The notes under the pieces were generated by a model. It was given only the letters and a program-made list of their open reading frames with translations, was not told the DNA's origin and searched no databases. 64,000 nucleotides of DNA from an uncultured bacterium (lineage in GTDB: Bacteria; Oederibacteriota; PGYV01; CAWJRG01), in assembly GCA_963845185.1 (NCBI GenBank), contig CAWJRG010000010.1, positions 800,001 to 864,000 of the forward strand, given 5' to 3'. The position numbers were made by a program, and so were the translations under genes. This document shows positions 49,555 to 59,068 of the stretch, one piece after another (the first letter of the stretch is position 1; every line of letters starts with the position of its first letter).

Positions 49555-51243
49555 ATGCTGCGACCGCAAAGCAATACTTTCAGGCACACCATAGAGATAA
49601 AAGGCCCATGGACTATTAGGTTCGGCAAAAAAGAACGGCCAAGGTCCATACCTGTTCCTGCAAGCTGGAACGAAATATTTCCGGACAAGCGCGACTATCT
49701 TGGGCCTGCAACATATATCACGCGTTTCCAGGTGCCTGCGGAATACAAAAATAAAAAAATTCTCCTCAGGTTTAATTCGGTCAATTACTTTGCAAGTGTA
49801 TATTTAAACAATAAAAAACTCGGCTCGCACGAGGGTGGCAATCTACCTTTTGAGTTTGAGCTGCCAAAAAAAATTCTGAAAAAAAATAACCTTCTTTCTG
49901 TCGTTGTTGATGGCCAGCTTGCACCGGACCGTGTGCCGCCCGGTAACATACCGTACAACCCGAAAGATGCATTCGCGAATACCGCTTACCCTGCCGCGGC
50001 ATTTGATTTTTTCCCTTTTTGCGGCATACACCGCAAAGTATATTTGTGCGCAGTACCGCAGCAGGCCATAAAAGATATTACAATTACGACAGATATCAAA
50101 AACAAAAGCGGCATTGTCCATGTCAGGATAGAGCGTGATTTTGATGCAGACGCTTCGGCTAGTGTCAGCATCGGCACCATATCAAGGCAGGCAAAGTTTA
50201 AAGGCAGGTATGCCGACTTCCATATTATAATACCGCGCGCAAAATTCTGGTCGTCCGGCTCGCCTTTTCTTTACAGGCTAAATTCGAAAATCATCAAAAA
50301 TAAAAAAATAATAGACAGTTTCAGCACGTTTTTTGGCATAAGGACTGTCTCAGTAAAAGGCAGCAGGATATTTTTAAACAACAAGCCGATATTTTTAAAA
50401 GGCGTTGCTAGGCATGAGGATTTTCCCAGTACCGGCCGCGGGTATAACCCGTACTGGGTGGCAAAGGATTTCAGGCTTTTAAAATGGCTTGGCGCGAATT
50501 CTTTCCGCACCAGCCACTACCCCTACGCTGAGGAGCAGCTCGATTTGGCCGATAAACTGGGGTTCATGGTCATTGACGAGACTCCGGCAGTGGGCCTGTT
50601 TTTTAAAAATCCCGGCATGGAAAAGCGGGAAAAACTCTGTAAACAATATATAAGGGAAATGATTGACAGGGACAAGAATCATGCTTCGGTAGTAGTGTGG
50701 AGCCTTGCCAATGAGCCGCAAACACACAGGCCCGCGGCAAAGCCGTTTTTTAAAAGGCTGGCTACTCTTGCAAGGTCGCTCGACAAGACAAGGCCTGTTA
50801 CGCTCGTGAGTTTCATGGGAGCGTATGAAAAGTCTTTTGAGTTCCTTGATGTTGTTTGCGTGAACAGATACATGGGATGGTATTCTGAGCAGGGGCAGTT
50901 GTCTGTTGCCCTGCCAAAATTATCAAAGGATTTGGATTTGATTTATAAAACATTCCATAAGCCAGTAATACTTACGGAATTTGGAGCCGACGCCTTGCCT
51001 GGCAGGCGGTCGCCAATAAATCCCGACATGTTCAGCGAGGATTACCAGAAAGCAATAATAGAAGGCTATTTGAAAATCGCGGCATCAAAGCCGTATATGG
51101 CAGGCACGCATGTATGGAACATGTGCGACTTCAAGACAGGCCAGGCAATACACAGGCCGGGAGGGATGAACTGGAAAGGCGTTTTCACGCGCGACAGGAA
51201 ACCCAAGCTCGCCGCGTATTTACTGAGAAAATACTGGAAGTAA
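49555..51243 (+). CDS. GH2 beta-glucuronidase-like hydrolase
   Basis: VPASWN, FDFFPFCGIHR, RHED, NSFRTSHYPY, WSLANEP, TEFGAD, NWKG. Confidence 0.9.
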   Translation: MLRPQSNTFRHTIEIKGPWTIRFGKKERPRSIPVPASWNEIFPDKRDYLGPATYITRFQVPAEYKNKKILLRFNSVNYFASVYLNNKKLGSHEGGNLPFEFELPKKILKKNNLLSVVVDGQLAPDRVPPGNIPYNPKDAFANTAYPAAAFDFFPFCGIHRKVYLCAVPQQAIKDITITTDIKNKSGIVHVRIERDFDADASASVSIGTISRQAKFKGRYADFHIIIPRAKFWSSGSPFLYRLNSKIIKNKKIIDSFSTFFGIRTVSVKGSRIFLNNKPIFLKGVARHEDFPSTGRGYNPYWVAKDFRLLKWLGANSFRTSHYPYAEEQLDLADKLGFMVIDETPAVGLFFKNPGMEKREKLCKQYIREMIDRDKNHASVVVWSLANEPQTHRPAAKPFFKRLATLARSLDKTRPVTLVSFMGAYEKSFEFLDVVCVNRYMGWYSEQGQLSVALPKLSKDLDLIYKTFHKPVILTEFGADALPGRRSPINPDMFSEDYQKAIIEGYLKIAASKPYMAGTHVWNMCDFKTGQAIHRPGGMNWKGVFTRDRKPKLAAYLLRKYWK

Positions 51244-51249
51244 TGCTTT

Positions 51250-51831
51250 ATGAAGGAGGTTAAGGTGAAAGGTAAACAAAACGACATAAAGTATTCATAT
51301 GATAATTTGACTTATGACGATATGAAGAAGAATGAAAACATTAAAAATAAGACCATATTGCAAATTATTAATAAAAGGATGGATTTTTTTTATTATAAAT
51401 ATTGTTTTTATAGTATGCGAGCATATCGAATTTTTACGACTGTTTCAGCAATCGTAATAGCTTTAAATGTAGTATTTATTGCTCGTTTTTTTTATGCAAT
51501 GAATGGCAAACATTGGGGTTTAGTGTTTTTGTTTTTGACAGCTATATATTCTTTTTTAGGTTTTATTATTTTAGGTATAATATACAGGTTAGTTTATGGG
51601 AAAAAAGAATTTTTTTGTGCTTACTGTGGAACGGTTAATAAAGGAACTTGTTATTGTACTAAATGTAACAGGCGAATTGATATAAATGGGTTTGAGTTTA
51701 AAAGAATAATATTAAGATGCCCAAAATGTTTTGAAGTAATTGTAAGAGATGAAGAAATAAATGCTTGTCCTGGCTGCGAATATAAATTTTATAAGCCGAA
51801 AAAGCAATTAACGGGTGAAAAAATTGGCTAA
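51250..51831 (+). CDS. Hypothetical membrane protein with C-terminal zinc ribbons
   Basis: Two TM helices, four CxxC pairs; lower GC than neighbours. Confidence 0.6.
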   Translation: MKEVKVKGKQNDIKYSYDNLTYDDMKKNENIKNKTILQIINKRMDFFYYKYCFYSMRAYRIFTTVSAIVIALNVVFIARFFYAMNGKHWGLVFLFLTAIYSFLGFIILGIIYRLVYGKKEFFCAYCGTVNKGTCYCTKCNRRIDINGFEFKRIILRCPKCFEVIVRDEEINACPGCEYKFYKPKKQLTGEKIG

Positions 51832-52828
51832 ATGCGTACCAAAAGCAGCAATACTGTGCGATTCGATTGAAAATATTCAAAATGTTTTCGGACAGGGCAG
51901 GCTTGAAAAATTAAAAAGCCTTGTAAATATTTTTCCGAAAATTATTTCAGGAAAAGATTTTGATAAATATAAAAACAGCATAAAAGAAATCGAATATATA
52001 TTTTCCACATGGGGTATGCCGCAACTGAAAGAAAGCCAGATTGACGAGCTAAGCAGGCTTAAGGCAATATTTTATGCCGCAGGATCAGTAAAATATTTTG
52101 CGGAACCATACCTTAAAAGAGGCATCAAGGTAATCAGCGCATGGGCTGAAAACGCAAAACCAACTGCCGCATTTGCGCTTGGACAGGTGCTTCTGTCGTG
52201 CAAAGGCTATTTCAGGCATGTCAGGGAATACAGAATAAAAAAATCCGGCATATGGAGCATCACCAAAGCCGGATTTTATGGATGCAAAGTAGGGATAATA
52301 GGTGCAGGAAAAGTTGGCCGCAGGCTCATTGAGTTGCTGAAACCCTTCGGTGTGGAAATCCTTGTTGCTGACCCGTATCTTTCTGTACAGCAGGCCAAAC
52401 TGCTTGGAGCGCGTAAGGCTTCGCTTGAAAAAATATTTAAGGAGTGCCGTGTAGTCTCAAATCACTTGCCCGATATCAAGAAAACAAAAGGAGCCTTAAA
52501 CGCTAGGCTGTTTTCTTCCATGATGAAAAACGCGACATTTATCAATACAGGCCGCGGGGCACAGGTAAATGAGCATGACCTTGTACGTGTATTAAAGAAA
52601 CGCAAAGACCTGGCTGCTTTGCTGGATGTGACAGACCATGAACCTCCAAAAAACAATTCTGCGCTGTTTAAACTGCCGAATGTTATTTTAAGCCCTCACA
52701 TAGCAGGCGCCTATGGCAAAGAACAGGTGCTGCTTGTTGATTGCGTTATTGAGGAATTTAAGTCATTCTTGCGTGGAAAAAGGCTCAAATACGAAGTTAC
52801 TTTGGGAATGCTGGGAAAAATGGGATGA
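51815..52828 (+). CDS. D-isomer-specific 2-hydroxyacid dehydrogenase
   Basis: YAAGSVK, GAGKVG, FINTGRG, LDVTDHEP, SPHIAG. Confidence 0.92.
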   Translation: MKKLAKCVPKAAILCDSIENIQNVFGQGRLEKLKSLVNIFPKIISGKDFDKYKNSIKEIEYIFSTWGMPQLKESQIDELSRLKAIFYAAGSVKYFAEPYLKRGIKVISAWAENAKPTAAFALGQVLLSCKGYFRHVREYRIKKSGIWSITKAGFYGCKVGIIGAGKVGRRLIELLKPFGVEILVADPYLSVQQAKLLGARKASLEKIFKECRVVSNHLPDIKKTKGALNARLFSSMMKNATFINTGRGAQVNEHDLVRVLKKRKDLAALLDVTDHEPPKNNSALFKLPNVILSPHIAGAYGKEQVLLVDCVIEEFKSFLRGKRLKYEVTLGMLGKMG

Positions 52829-53577
52829 TATATTTCTTTGCCGACAATCATTATAATACAAGAGCAGGTTTTTACCTTTATGATAAAATCAATCCCACTC
52901 CGCGAAAATCCCCAGCTGATAGAGCTGGGATTAATAGCGCTCCGGGGAGGGAGCAAATTAGAAAATTTTTTAAAGGTGGCTCCACAAATGATTTTCCAAT
53001 AAAATTTTTTGAAGACGATATTTCAGTACTTGCGGGAAAAGAATTCCTGCGGAACTGCAGTCTTCTGATTGTCAATCTGATTTGCGGTACAGGAAGCCTG
53101 GGAATGCCGGGTGAGGAAATAGAGGTTCCTTTGAAAGAATACTGCATGAGAGGAAGGCCTTTATTTCTTGTACATGCAGGCAGCGCAGCGTTCTGGCATT
53201 GGGAATGGTGGAGAAAACTTACAGGTTTGCGCTGGGTAAGGGAAAATAACCCGGAAGGAAAAGAGCCTTCAGTGCATCCTGTAAAGGATTTTTTAGTAGT
53301 CCCAGCCAAGAGCAGTCACACGATTGTAAAAGAATTAAAAAGTTTTGAATTGAAAAATGATGAAATATACACAAAACTTGAAAAGACACAGCCAGTTGAT
53401 GTGCTTATGGAAACAACCATAGATGAAGGTACTTTTCCTATGGCCTTTGTTTCAAAGAATGAGTGGGGTGGCAAGGTGTTGGGATTTTTACCAGGGCACA
53501 AGCCGGAGTCTTTTGAGAATAAAGAACTGATACACGACGTAAAGACAATAATAAAATACGCTTTGGAAGAAAAATAA
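52825..53577 (+). CDS. ThuA-like (class I GATase-fold) protein with apparent 32-aa insertion
   Basis: LVHAG, SVHP, DEIY, GFLPGH. Confidence 0.7.
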   Translation: MIYFFADNHYNTRAGFYLYDKINPTPRKSPADRAGINSAPGREQIRKFFKGGSTNDFPIKFFEDDISVLAGKEFLRNCSLLIVNLICGTGSLGMPGEEIEVPLKEYCMRGRPLFLVHAGSAAFWHWEWWRKLTGLRWVRENNPEGKEPSVHPVKDFLVVPAKSSHTIVKELKSFELKNDEIYTKLEKTQPVDVLMETTIDEGTFPMAFVSKNEWGGKVLGFLPGHKPESFENKELIHDVKTIIKYALEEK

Positions 53578-53578
53578 G

Positions 53579-53746
53579 GTACCGCTTGTCTGGGTAGTTT
53601 ATTTATTAAATGATTAATGGAAACTGCCAGTCAAATAGTCCACAGGACTATTTGACTGGCTTGAGCCTCGGACTTGAACGGGTACAATATCTCGTAATGT
53701 TTTGTCTGCGCTATGAAGCTTGACAAAACAAACGATCTATTGGAGG
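53579..53746 (+). ncRNA. Unassigned structured leader motif, copy 1
   Basis: Two hairpins ending at the SD of the YbjQ gene; shares GCCTCGGACTTGAACGGGT and GTAAT with copies 2 and 3. Confidence 0.55.
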
Positions 53747-53752
53747 CAGAAA

Positions 53753-54079
53753 ATGAAACAAGGCATGATTGTAACGACAGCATTTGAGATTCCGGGAAAA
53801 GAGATAGTTGAAAGCAAAGGGCTTGTGAGGGGAATAATAGTCAGGTCGCCCACAATAGTACAGGGGATATTCGGAGGTTTGAAAACCATAATAGGCGGCA
53901 AAATAGGCGCATACACTGAAATGTGCGAGCAGGCCAGGGAGCAGGCATACGAGGCAATGGAAGAACACGCCGCGGCAATAGGCGCCAATGCAGTTATAGG
54001 CTGCCGTTATGACGCTTCTGAAGTTGCAGTTGGAGCAACCGAAGTGCTTTGCTACGGCACGGCAGTGGTTGTAAGATAA
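53753..54079 (+). CDS. YbjQ/UPF0145 family protein
   Basis: IVTT..IPG, GLVRG, IIGG, GANAVIG.RYD, EVLCYGTAV. Confidence 0.93.
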   Translation: MKQGMIVTTAFEIPGKEIVESKGLVRGIIVRSPTIVQGIFGGLKTIIGGKIGAYTEMCEQAREQAYEAMEEHAAAIGANAVIGCRYDASEVAVGATEVLCYGTAVVVR

Positions 54080-54107
54080 ACAGACACCATACGAACTGAT
54101 TTTGTGT

Positions 54108-54136
54108 TTGACAAAGCAATTTTGAAAGCATATTAT
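54108..54136 (+). promoter_or_regulatory. Sigma70-type promoter giving a ~255-nt leader
   Basis: TTGACA(54108)-17-TATTAT(54131). Confidence 0.65.
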
Positions 54137-54193
54137 TTTATGTACCTACGAAGAATAGTAGATTCGAAGCAATAAAAAAACAAATTATGCCCA

Positions 54194-54393
54194 GCACCTC
54201 TTGACCTCGGCCTTATGGCCTCGGACTGGAGCGGGTACAAGATAGTGTAATATTTTGTCAGCGCCTGTTGACGGCTTGGCCAAGTGGACACCGCTTGTCT
54301 TCGGCCTGATGGCCTCAGACTTGAACGGGTGTATGTCGATGTAATTTTCGACTGCACCCAGCGGGTTTGTCTCAAAAACATCGACATAGGAGG
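54194..54393 (+). ncRNA. Unassigned structured leader motif, tandem copies 2 and 3
   Basis: 94-nt period; covarying stems; last stem abuts AGGAGG. Confidence 0.55.
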
Positions 54394-54398
54394 AATTC

Positions 54399-55094
54399 AT
54401 GAAGAAAATATTATTAGTGTCAGTTTTATGCATGTTTGCGGTGTCAGTGGCTCTTGCACAGCCAAAGAAAACTACAAACGGGGATATGTTTTCCTATATC
54501 CCGTACAAGAGCGCTACATGGAAGCAAAAAACCACGGTTGAGAACGACGCAGGCGTCAATACAATAGAACAGTCTGTGTGGTTCAAAGACAAAAAGATGC
54601 GGACAGAAGGTACGTATCTGGACAAGGGAACAGGCAAGGAAGGGGACCAGATAATAATTGTCACGGATAAATACATGTACGTAATAATTCCCGAAAAAAA
54701 ACAGGGCCTTCAATATTCCATGGACAGCGCGAATAATCCGGAAAAAGAACAGCAAAGCGTGGATAAATTCAGAAAAAACGCGAAGAAGACAGGGTCTGAA
54801 AAAATAAACGGTGTGGAATATGACATTTATAAATATTCATTTAATACCAAAAACGGCGCAAATAAAATTTATGCGGAGATTACAGAATGGCGGAACCAGA
54901 CAGACGGATTTCCGATGAAAACCGAAAGCTGGATGAAAATCACCGGAGAACAAACAGGGACAATGAAGACAATAACCGAAATAAGCGATTTAAAGATAAA
55001 TGCCGCGGTTCCAGACTCCAAATTCGTGCCTGACAGCGATATTCAAATAGGGGATATGGACGAGATGCTGAAGAAGACTGGGCAGAATAAATAG
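54399..55094 (+). CDS. Secreted protein, DUF4412/LolA-like fold
   Basis: Signal peptide; KMRTE, KTGSEKING, GFPMK, VPDSKF. Confidence 0.6.
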   Translation: MKKILLVSVLCMFAVSVALAQPKKTTNGDMFSYIPYKSATWKQKTTVENDAGVNTIEQSVWFKDKKMRTEGTYLDKGTGKEGDQIIIVTDKYMYVIIPEKKQGLQYSMDSANNPEKEQQSVDKFRKNAKKTGSEKINGVEYDIYKYSFNTKNGANKIYAEITEWRNQTDGFPMKTESWMKITGEQTGTMKTITEISDLKINAAVPDSKFVPDSDIQIGDMDEMLKKTGQNK

Positions 55095-55148
55095 ATATAA
55101 AGCAACAGAGTTATTTTTTAAATATAAACAATTCGGAAGAGGTAACAA

Positions 55149-56177
55149 ATGGGAAGCGTAAAAGAAGTGAAAGTTTTAAAATCTGCGGAAAAAGACAAGG
55201 AAGGCGAAGGAGAATTCATATTTTCAGACAGGTATTCGGTTTTTGACTGGGGAGAAATGCCTGACCATATTGACAAAAAAGGAGCTGCCTTATGCGTGCT
55301 TTCGGCTTTTTTCTTTGATATTCTTGATAAAAAAGGCGTAAGAACGCATTTTTTAGGGCTTGTTGAAGATGGAAAAGCAAAAAAGTTCGCAGAATTAAAA
55401 TCATATTCAAACAAAATGCGCGTCAAGCTGGTGAGGGTGCTAAAACCGGCTTACGACAGTCAAAAGAATTCCTATGATTACTCGGTTTACAACGGCGAAA
55501 AAGACAATTACCTTATTCCTCTCGAAGTGATTTACAGGAATAAGCTGGGAGATGGTTCAAGCGTTTTTAAAAGACTCAAATCCGGGGCAATCACATATAA
55601 GGATATGGGGCTTGACCATGAGCCAAAGCCGGGAGAAGTTCTTGTTGAACCCATAATAGATGTTTCAACCAAGCTTGAGCATATCGACAGGTACCTTGGG
55701 TGGGAGGAAGCAGCGGCAATTTCAGGCCTTTCGCCGGAAGGCATAAAGAAAGTAAAAGACCTTACCCTGCTGATAAACGGCGTCATAAGCGAGTATACTA
55801 AAAAATACGGAATAGAAAACGAGGATGGAAAATTCGAGTTTGCCATAGACAGGGAAGAAAACACCATGCTTATAGACGTGCTCGGGACGCCGGATGAATG
55901 CAGGTTCTCATATAAAGGTTTCCACATAAGCAAGGAATTCGCAAGGCGCTGGTACAGGAAAACAGAATGGTTTAACGAGGTTGAAAAGGCAAAAAAGGAA
56001 AGGGGCCGCGACTGGAAAAAGTTTGTAAAAATAAAGCCGGAGCCGTTGCCGGATGAGATGAAAATCCTCCTGTCGCACATGTACCTCGCAGTTACAAATG
56101 AAATAACAGGCAGGAGATTTTTTGATGTGCCCGAGCTTCCAAAAATCATAGAGGAGTTGAAAAAATATGACACCTGA
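55149..56177 (+). CDS. purC: SAICAR synthetase (long form)
   Basis: MGSVK, FSDRYSVFDWG, IPLEVIYR, STKLE, DGKFEF, GTPDECR, SKE. Confidence 0.93.
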   Translation: MGSVKEVKVLKSAEKDKEGEGEFIFSDRYSVFDWGEMPDHIDKKGAALCVLSAFFFDILDKKGVRTHFLGLVEDGKAKKFAELKSYSNKMRVKLVRVLKPAYDSQKNSYDYSVYNGEKDNYLIPLEVIYRNKLGDGSSVFKRLKSGAITYKDMGLDHEPKPGEVLVEPIIDVSTKLEHIDRYLGWEEAAAISGLSPEGIKKVKDLTLLINGVISEYTKKYGIENEDGKFEFAIDREENTMLIDVLGTPDECRFSYKGFHISKEFARRWYRKTEWFNEVEKAKKERGRDWKKFVKIKPEPLPDEMKILLSHMYLAVTNEITGRRFFDVPELPKIIEELKKYDT

Positions 56178-56772
56178 AAATGTCCTGGCATACCGCCTGA
56201 GGGTGTTGAACAAAACAAAACAATATTATTACGGGGATACTTTGCTTGATGTGGGCTGCGGTGACGGCCTGGATGATGAGCTTATGCTGAAATATTTCAA
56301 AAGAATAGAGGGAATAGACATAAATGAAAATCCGGCGTGGAACGAGCACAGGAGGGAAAACCTTATATTGAAGAAAGCAGATGCGGAAAACCTGGATTAC
56401 CCGGACAATAGCTTTGATACTGTCATAGAAAAAGACGTACTGCACCACGTGTCTGACCCGGAAAAAGCCTTAAAAGAAATGACAAGAATAGCAAAGAAAA
56501 GAATAATACTAATAGAGGCAAACCGGTATAACCCGCTTTTTTACATTTTTTTGACTTTAATGTGGAAACACAACCATTTCAGACAGAAAAGATTCAAAGA
56601 ACTTGTAAAGTCAAGCGGCCTGCAGTCGGAAATTATGCATTTTTCCGCAAGAGTATGCCCAATAAACAACAGCGGATTTATAAAGTTTTTTGACAAACTG
56701 GAAGATCTTATTGAGAAATTCCCGCCTTATACGCCCATAATAGAATACAACCTGGCAATAATAACAAAATAA
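56167..56772 (+). CDS. Class I SAM-dependent methyltransferase
   Basis: LLDVGCGDG, DAENLDYPDNSFD, VLHHV. Confidence 0.9.
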   Translation: MTPENVLAYRLRVLNKTKQYYYGDTLLDVGCGDGLDDELMLKYFKRIEGIDINENPAWNEHRRENLILKKADAENLDYPDNSFDTVIEKDVLHHVSDPEKALKEMTRIAKKRIILIEANRYNPLFYIFLTLMWKHNHFRQKRFKELVKSSGLQSEIMHFSARVCPINNSGFIKFFDKLEDLIEKFPPYTPIIEYNLAIITK

Positions 56773-57827
56773 TGCTTACCAGGATTGATAATGTTTTAAA
56801 AACAATAACAAAAAACCAAGCATTTTATATTTCCAACGCCTCAGATATTTTTTACCTTACAGGTTTTTCGGGGACTTTTGCCAGGATAATTGTAAAAGAA
56901 AAAAAAGCACATTTTATAACCGATTACAGATATGAAAAAGTCGTTGAAAAAACAGGCATTGAAAAAAAATTCAACGTAATAATAACAAAAGACCATGTAA
57001 AAGATACTAGGCTGCTTTTATCAGAGAGCAAAAAAGTTTATATGAGCAAAAAGACGCAGCTTGAGGAATATTTTTCAGTCAAGGACGGCATGGGTAAAGA
57101 AATAGAGTTCAGCAGCCTTATAAGCGATTTGAGGATGATAAAGGATAACGAGGAAGTAGAGCTCATAAAAAATGCGGTAAAAATAATCGAAGCAGGAATT
57201 AAATATATAACTTCCATTATAAGGGAAGGCATGAGCGAAAAAGACCTTGCAACAGAACTTGAATATTTTATAAAGAAAAACGGAGCTGAATCAATGTCTT
57301 TCCCGCCAATCATAGCCTTCGGGCAAAACTCAAATAGCCCGCATCATATAACTTCCATGAAAAAGCTGAAAAAAGGCGATGTAATCCTGATGGATACTGG
57401 CGTAAAATACAATGGTTATTGTTCTGACTTGACAAGGGTGGCAGGCTTCGGTATAATCAAATCTCGCCTAAAAGAGGTGGAAAAAAACTATAATCTTGTG
57501 CAGGAAGCCAAAAAAATAAGCCTTGATTCCTACAGGATAGGCATTTTCATAAATAAAGCCGAGCAAAAAGCAAGGGAATTCCTTAAGAAATGCGGGCTTG
57601 AGCGGTTTTTTACCCATTCGCTCGGACATTCCCTTGGAATAGATATACATGAATTACCGGCATGCAATTTAAAGGAAAATACCAGATTCAAAAAAGGACT
57701 GGTTTTGACCTGCGAGCCCGGAATATATTTAAAAAATTACGGTATAAGAATAGAAGATGATTACCTGATAACCAGTGCAGGGCCGGAAAAGCTCGGCAGG
57801 ATGAAAGATGATCTTATTGTGATTTAA
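56772..57827 (+). CDS. Xaa-Pro peptidase, M24B family
   Basis: YLTGFSG, PHH, DTG..YCSDLTR, HSLGHSLG..IHE, EPGIY, RIEDD. Confidence 0.92.
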   Translation: MLTRIDNVLKTITKNQAFYISNASDIFYLTGFSGTFARIIVKEKKAHFITDYRYEKVVEKTGIEKKFNVIITKDHVKDTRLLLSESKKVYMSKKTQLEEYFSVKDGMGKEIEFSSLISDLRMIKDNEEVELIKNAVKIIEAGIKYITSIIREGMSEKDLATELEYFIKKNGAESMSFPPIIAFGQNSNSPHHITSMKKLKKGDVILMDTGVKYNGYCSDLTRVAGFGIIKSRLKEVEKNYNLVQEAKKISLDSYRIGIFINKAEQKAREFLKKCGLERFFTHSLGHSLGIDIHELPACNLKENTRFKKGLVLTCEPGIYLKNYGIRIEDDYLITSAGPEKLGRMKDDLIVI

Positions 57828-57890
57828 CGATTTGACAATAAAATAGTTTAACAAACAAATGCAAAAATAATATCAAGGAGGCAAAGTTTT

Positions 57891-58454
57891 ATGTCTTTAG
57901 CAACAGATTTAAGGCCAGGTGCCATTATAAAACACGAGGGCATAATTTACGAGATAATATATTACCACCATGTCCAGAGGCCCAGGCTGGCGCCGCTGGT
58001 GCGTTTAAAAATGAAAAACATTAAACTTGGCACAGTTACAGAAAGGACTTTCAGCCCTGATGATAAAATGGAAGACGTGGCAGTTGAAGAAAGAAAACTC
58101 CAGTTTCAGTACAGGCAGGGAGATTCGCTTCATTTTATGGATACGGATTCTTATGAACAATACGAGTTTAACGAAAAGCAGATAGGCGAGCAGAGCCATT
58201 ACCTGAAAGAGGAAATGACAATATCCATGATGATATATGAAGGAGAAATCCTCGGCGTTGTTGTTCCGAACAAGGTGGATTTAAAAGTAGCGCAGGCGCC
58301 ACCTGCGGTAAAAGGCGATACGGTGAGCAACGCAACAAAAACAGCGGTGCTGGAAACAGGAACACAGGTACAGGTGCCGCTTTTTATAAAAGAAGGTGAT
58401 ACCGTCAGAGTCGACACAAGGACAGGAGAGTATGTGGAAAGGGTAAGCAATTGA
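57891..58454 (+). CDS. efp: Elongation factor P
   Basis: DLRPG, FMD..SYEQ, VKGDT, K.A.LETG, VPLFI, DTRTGEYVER. Confidence 0.95.
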   Translation: MSLATDLRPGAIIKHEGIIYEIIYYHHVQRPRLAPLVRLKMKNIKLGTVTERTFSPDDKMEDVAVEERKLQFQYRQGDSLHFMDTDSYEQYEFNEKQIGEQSHYLKEEMTISMMIYEGEILGVVVPNKVDLKVAQAPPAVKGDTVSNATKTAVLETGTQVQVPLFIKEGDTVRVDTRTGEYVERVSN

Positions 58455-58534
58455 CAAATCCGGGTGAAAATCCCGTAAAATATAACCGGCTTGATGAAAA
58501 AATAAAGCAATAAATTAAAAAGGCGGTGTAAAAA

Positions 58535-59050
58535 ATGCCAAAACAAGAAAAAGAACCCAAAGTGGATATAGATCTTATAAATCAGGTGCTGAAAATAATG
58601 GAAAAAGGAGACCTGGTTGAGCTCCTTGTCGAACAGGATAATTTTAAAATACAGCTGAAGAAAAGCGGGGCAAATATCATGCATTCAACGCCAACAATTT
58701 TTACAACATCGGCACCTGCAAATTTTCAGGCATCCGCAGGGCCTGTACAGTCAGCGGCAAGCACAGGGCCAGCTGCAGAAGCGGCAAAGCCTGTTGAAGA
58801 AGACCCGAATGTTCATACGGTGAAATCGCCAATGGTAGGGACTTTTTACAGGGCTCCGTCTCCTGACGCGGCGCCGTTTGTCAATATCGGCGACAATGTT
58901 TCGCCAGGCCAGACTCTGTGCATAATCGAAGCAATGAAAATAATGAACGAAATTAAATCAGAAATAAAAGGCAAGGTAAAGGAAGTCAGGGTTGAAAACG
59001 GACAGGCTGTTGAATTTAACCAGCCAATTATATTAATAGAAAAGACATAA
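58535..59050 (+). CDS. accB: Biotin carboxyl carrier protein
   Basis: SPMVGTFYRAP, IIEAMKIMNEI. Confidence 0.97.
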   Translation: MPKQEKEPKVDIDLINQVLKIMEKGDLVELLVEQDNFKIQLKKSGANIMHSTPTIFTTSAPANFQASAGPVQSAASTGPAAEAAKPVEEDPNVHTVKSPMVGTFYRAPSPDAAPFVNIGDNVSPGQTLCIIEAMKIMNEIKSEIKGKVKEVRVENGQAVEFNQPIILIEKT

Positions 59051-59068
59051 ACTGCAAAGGATGGCACA

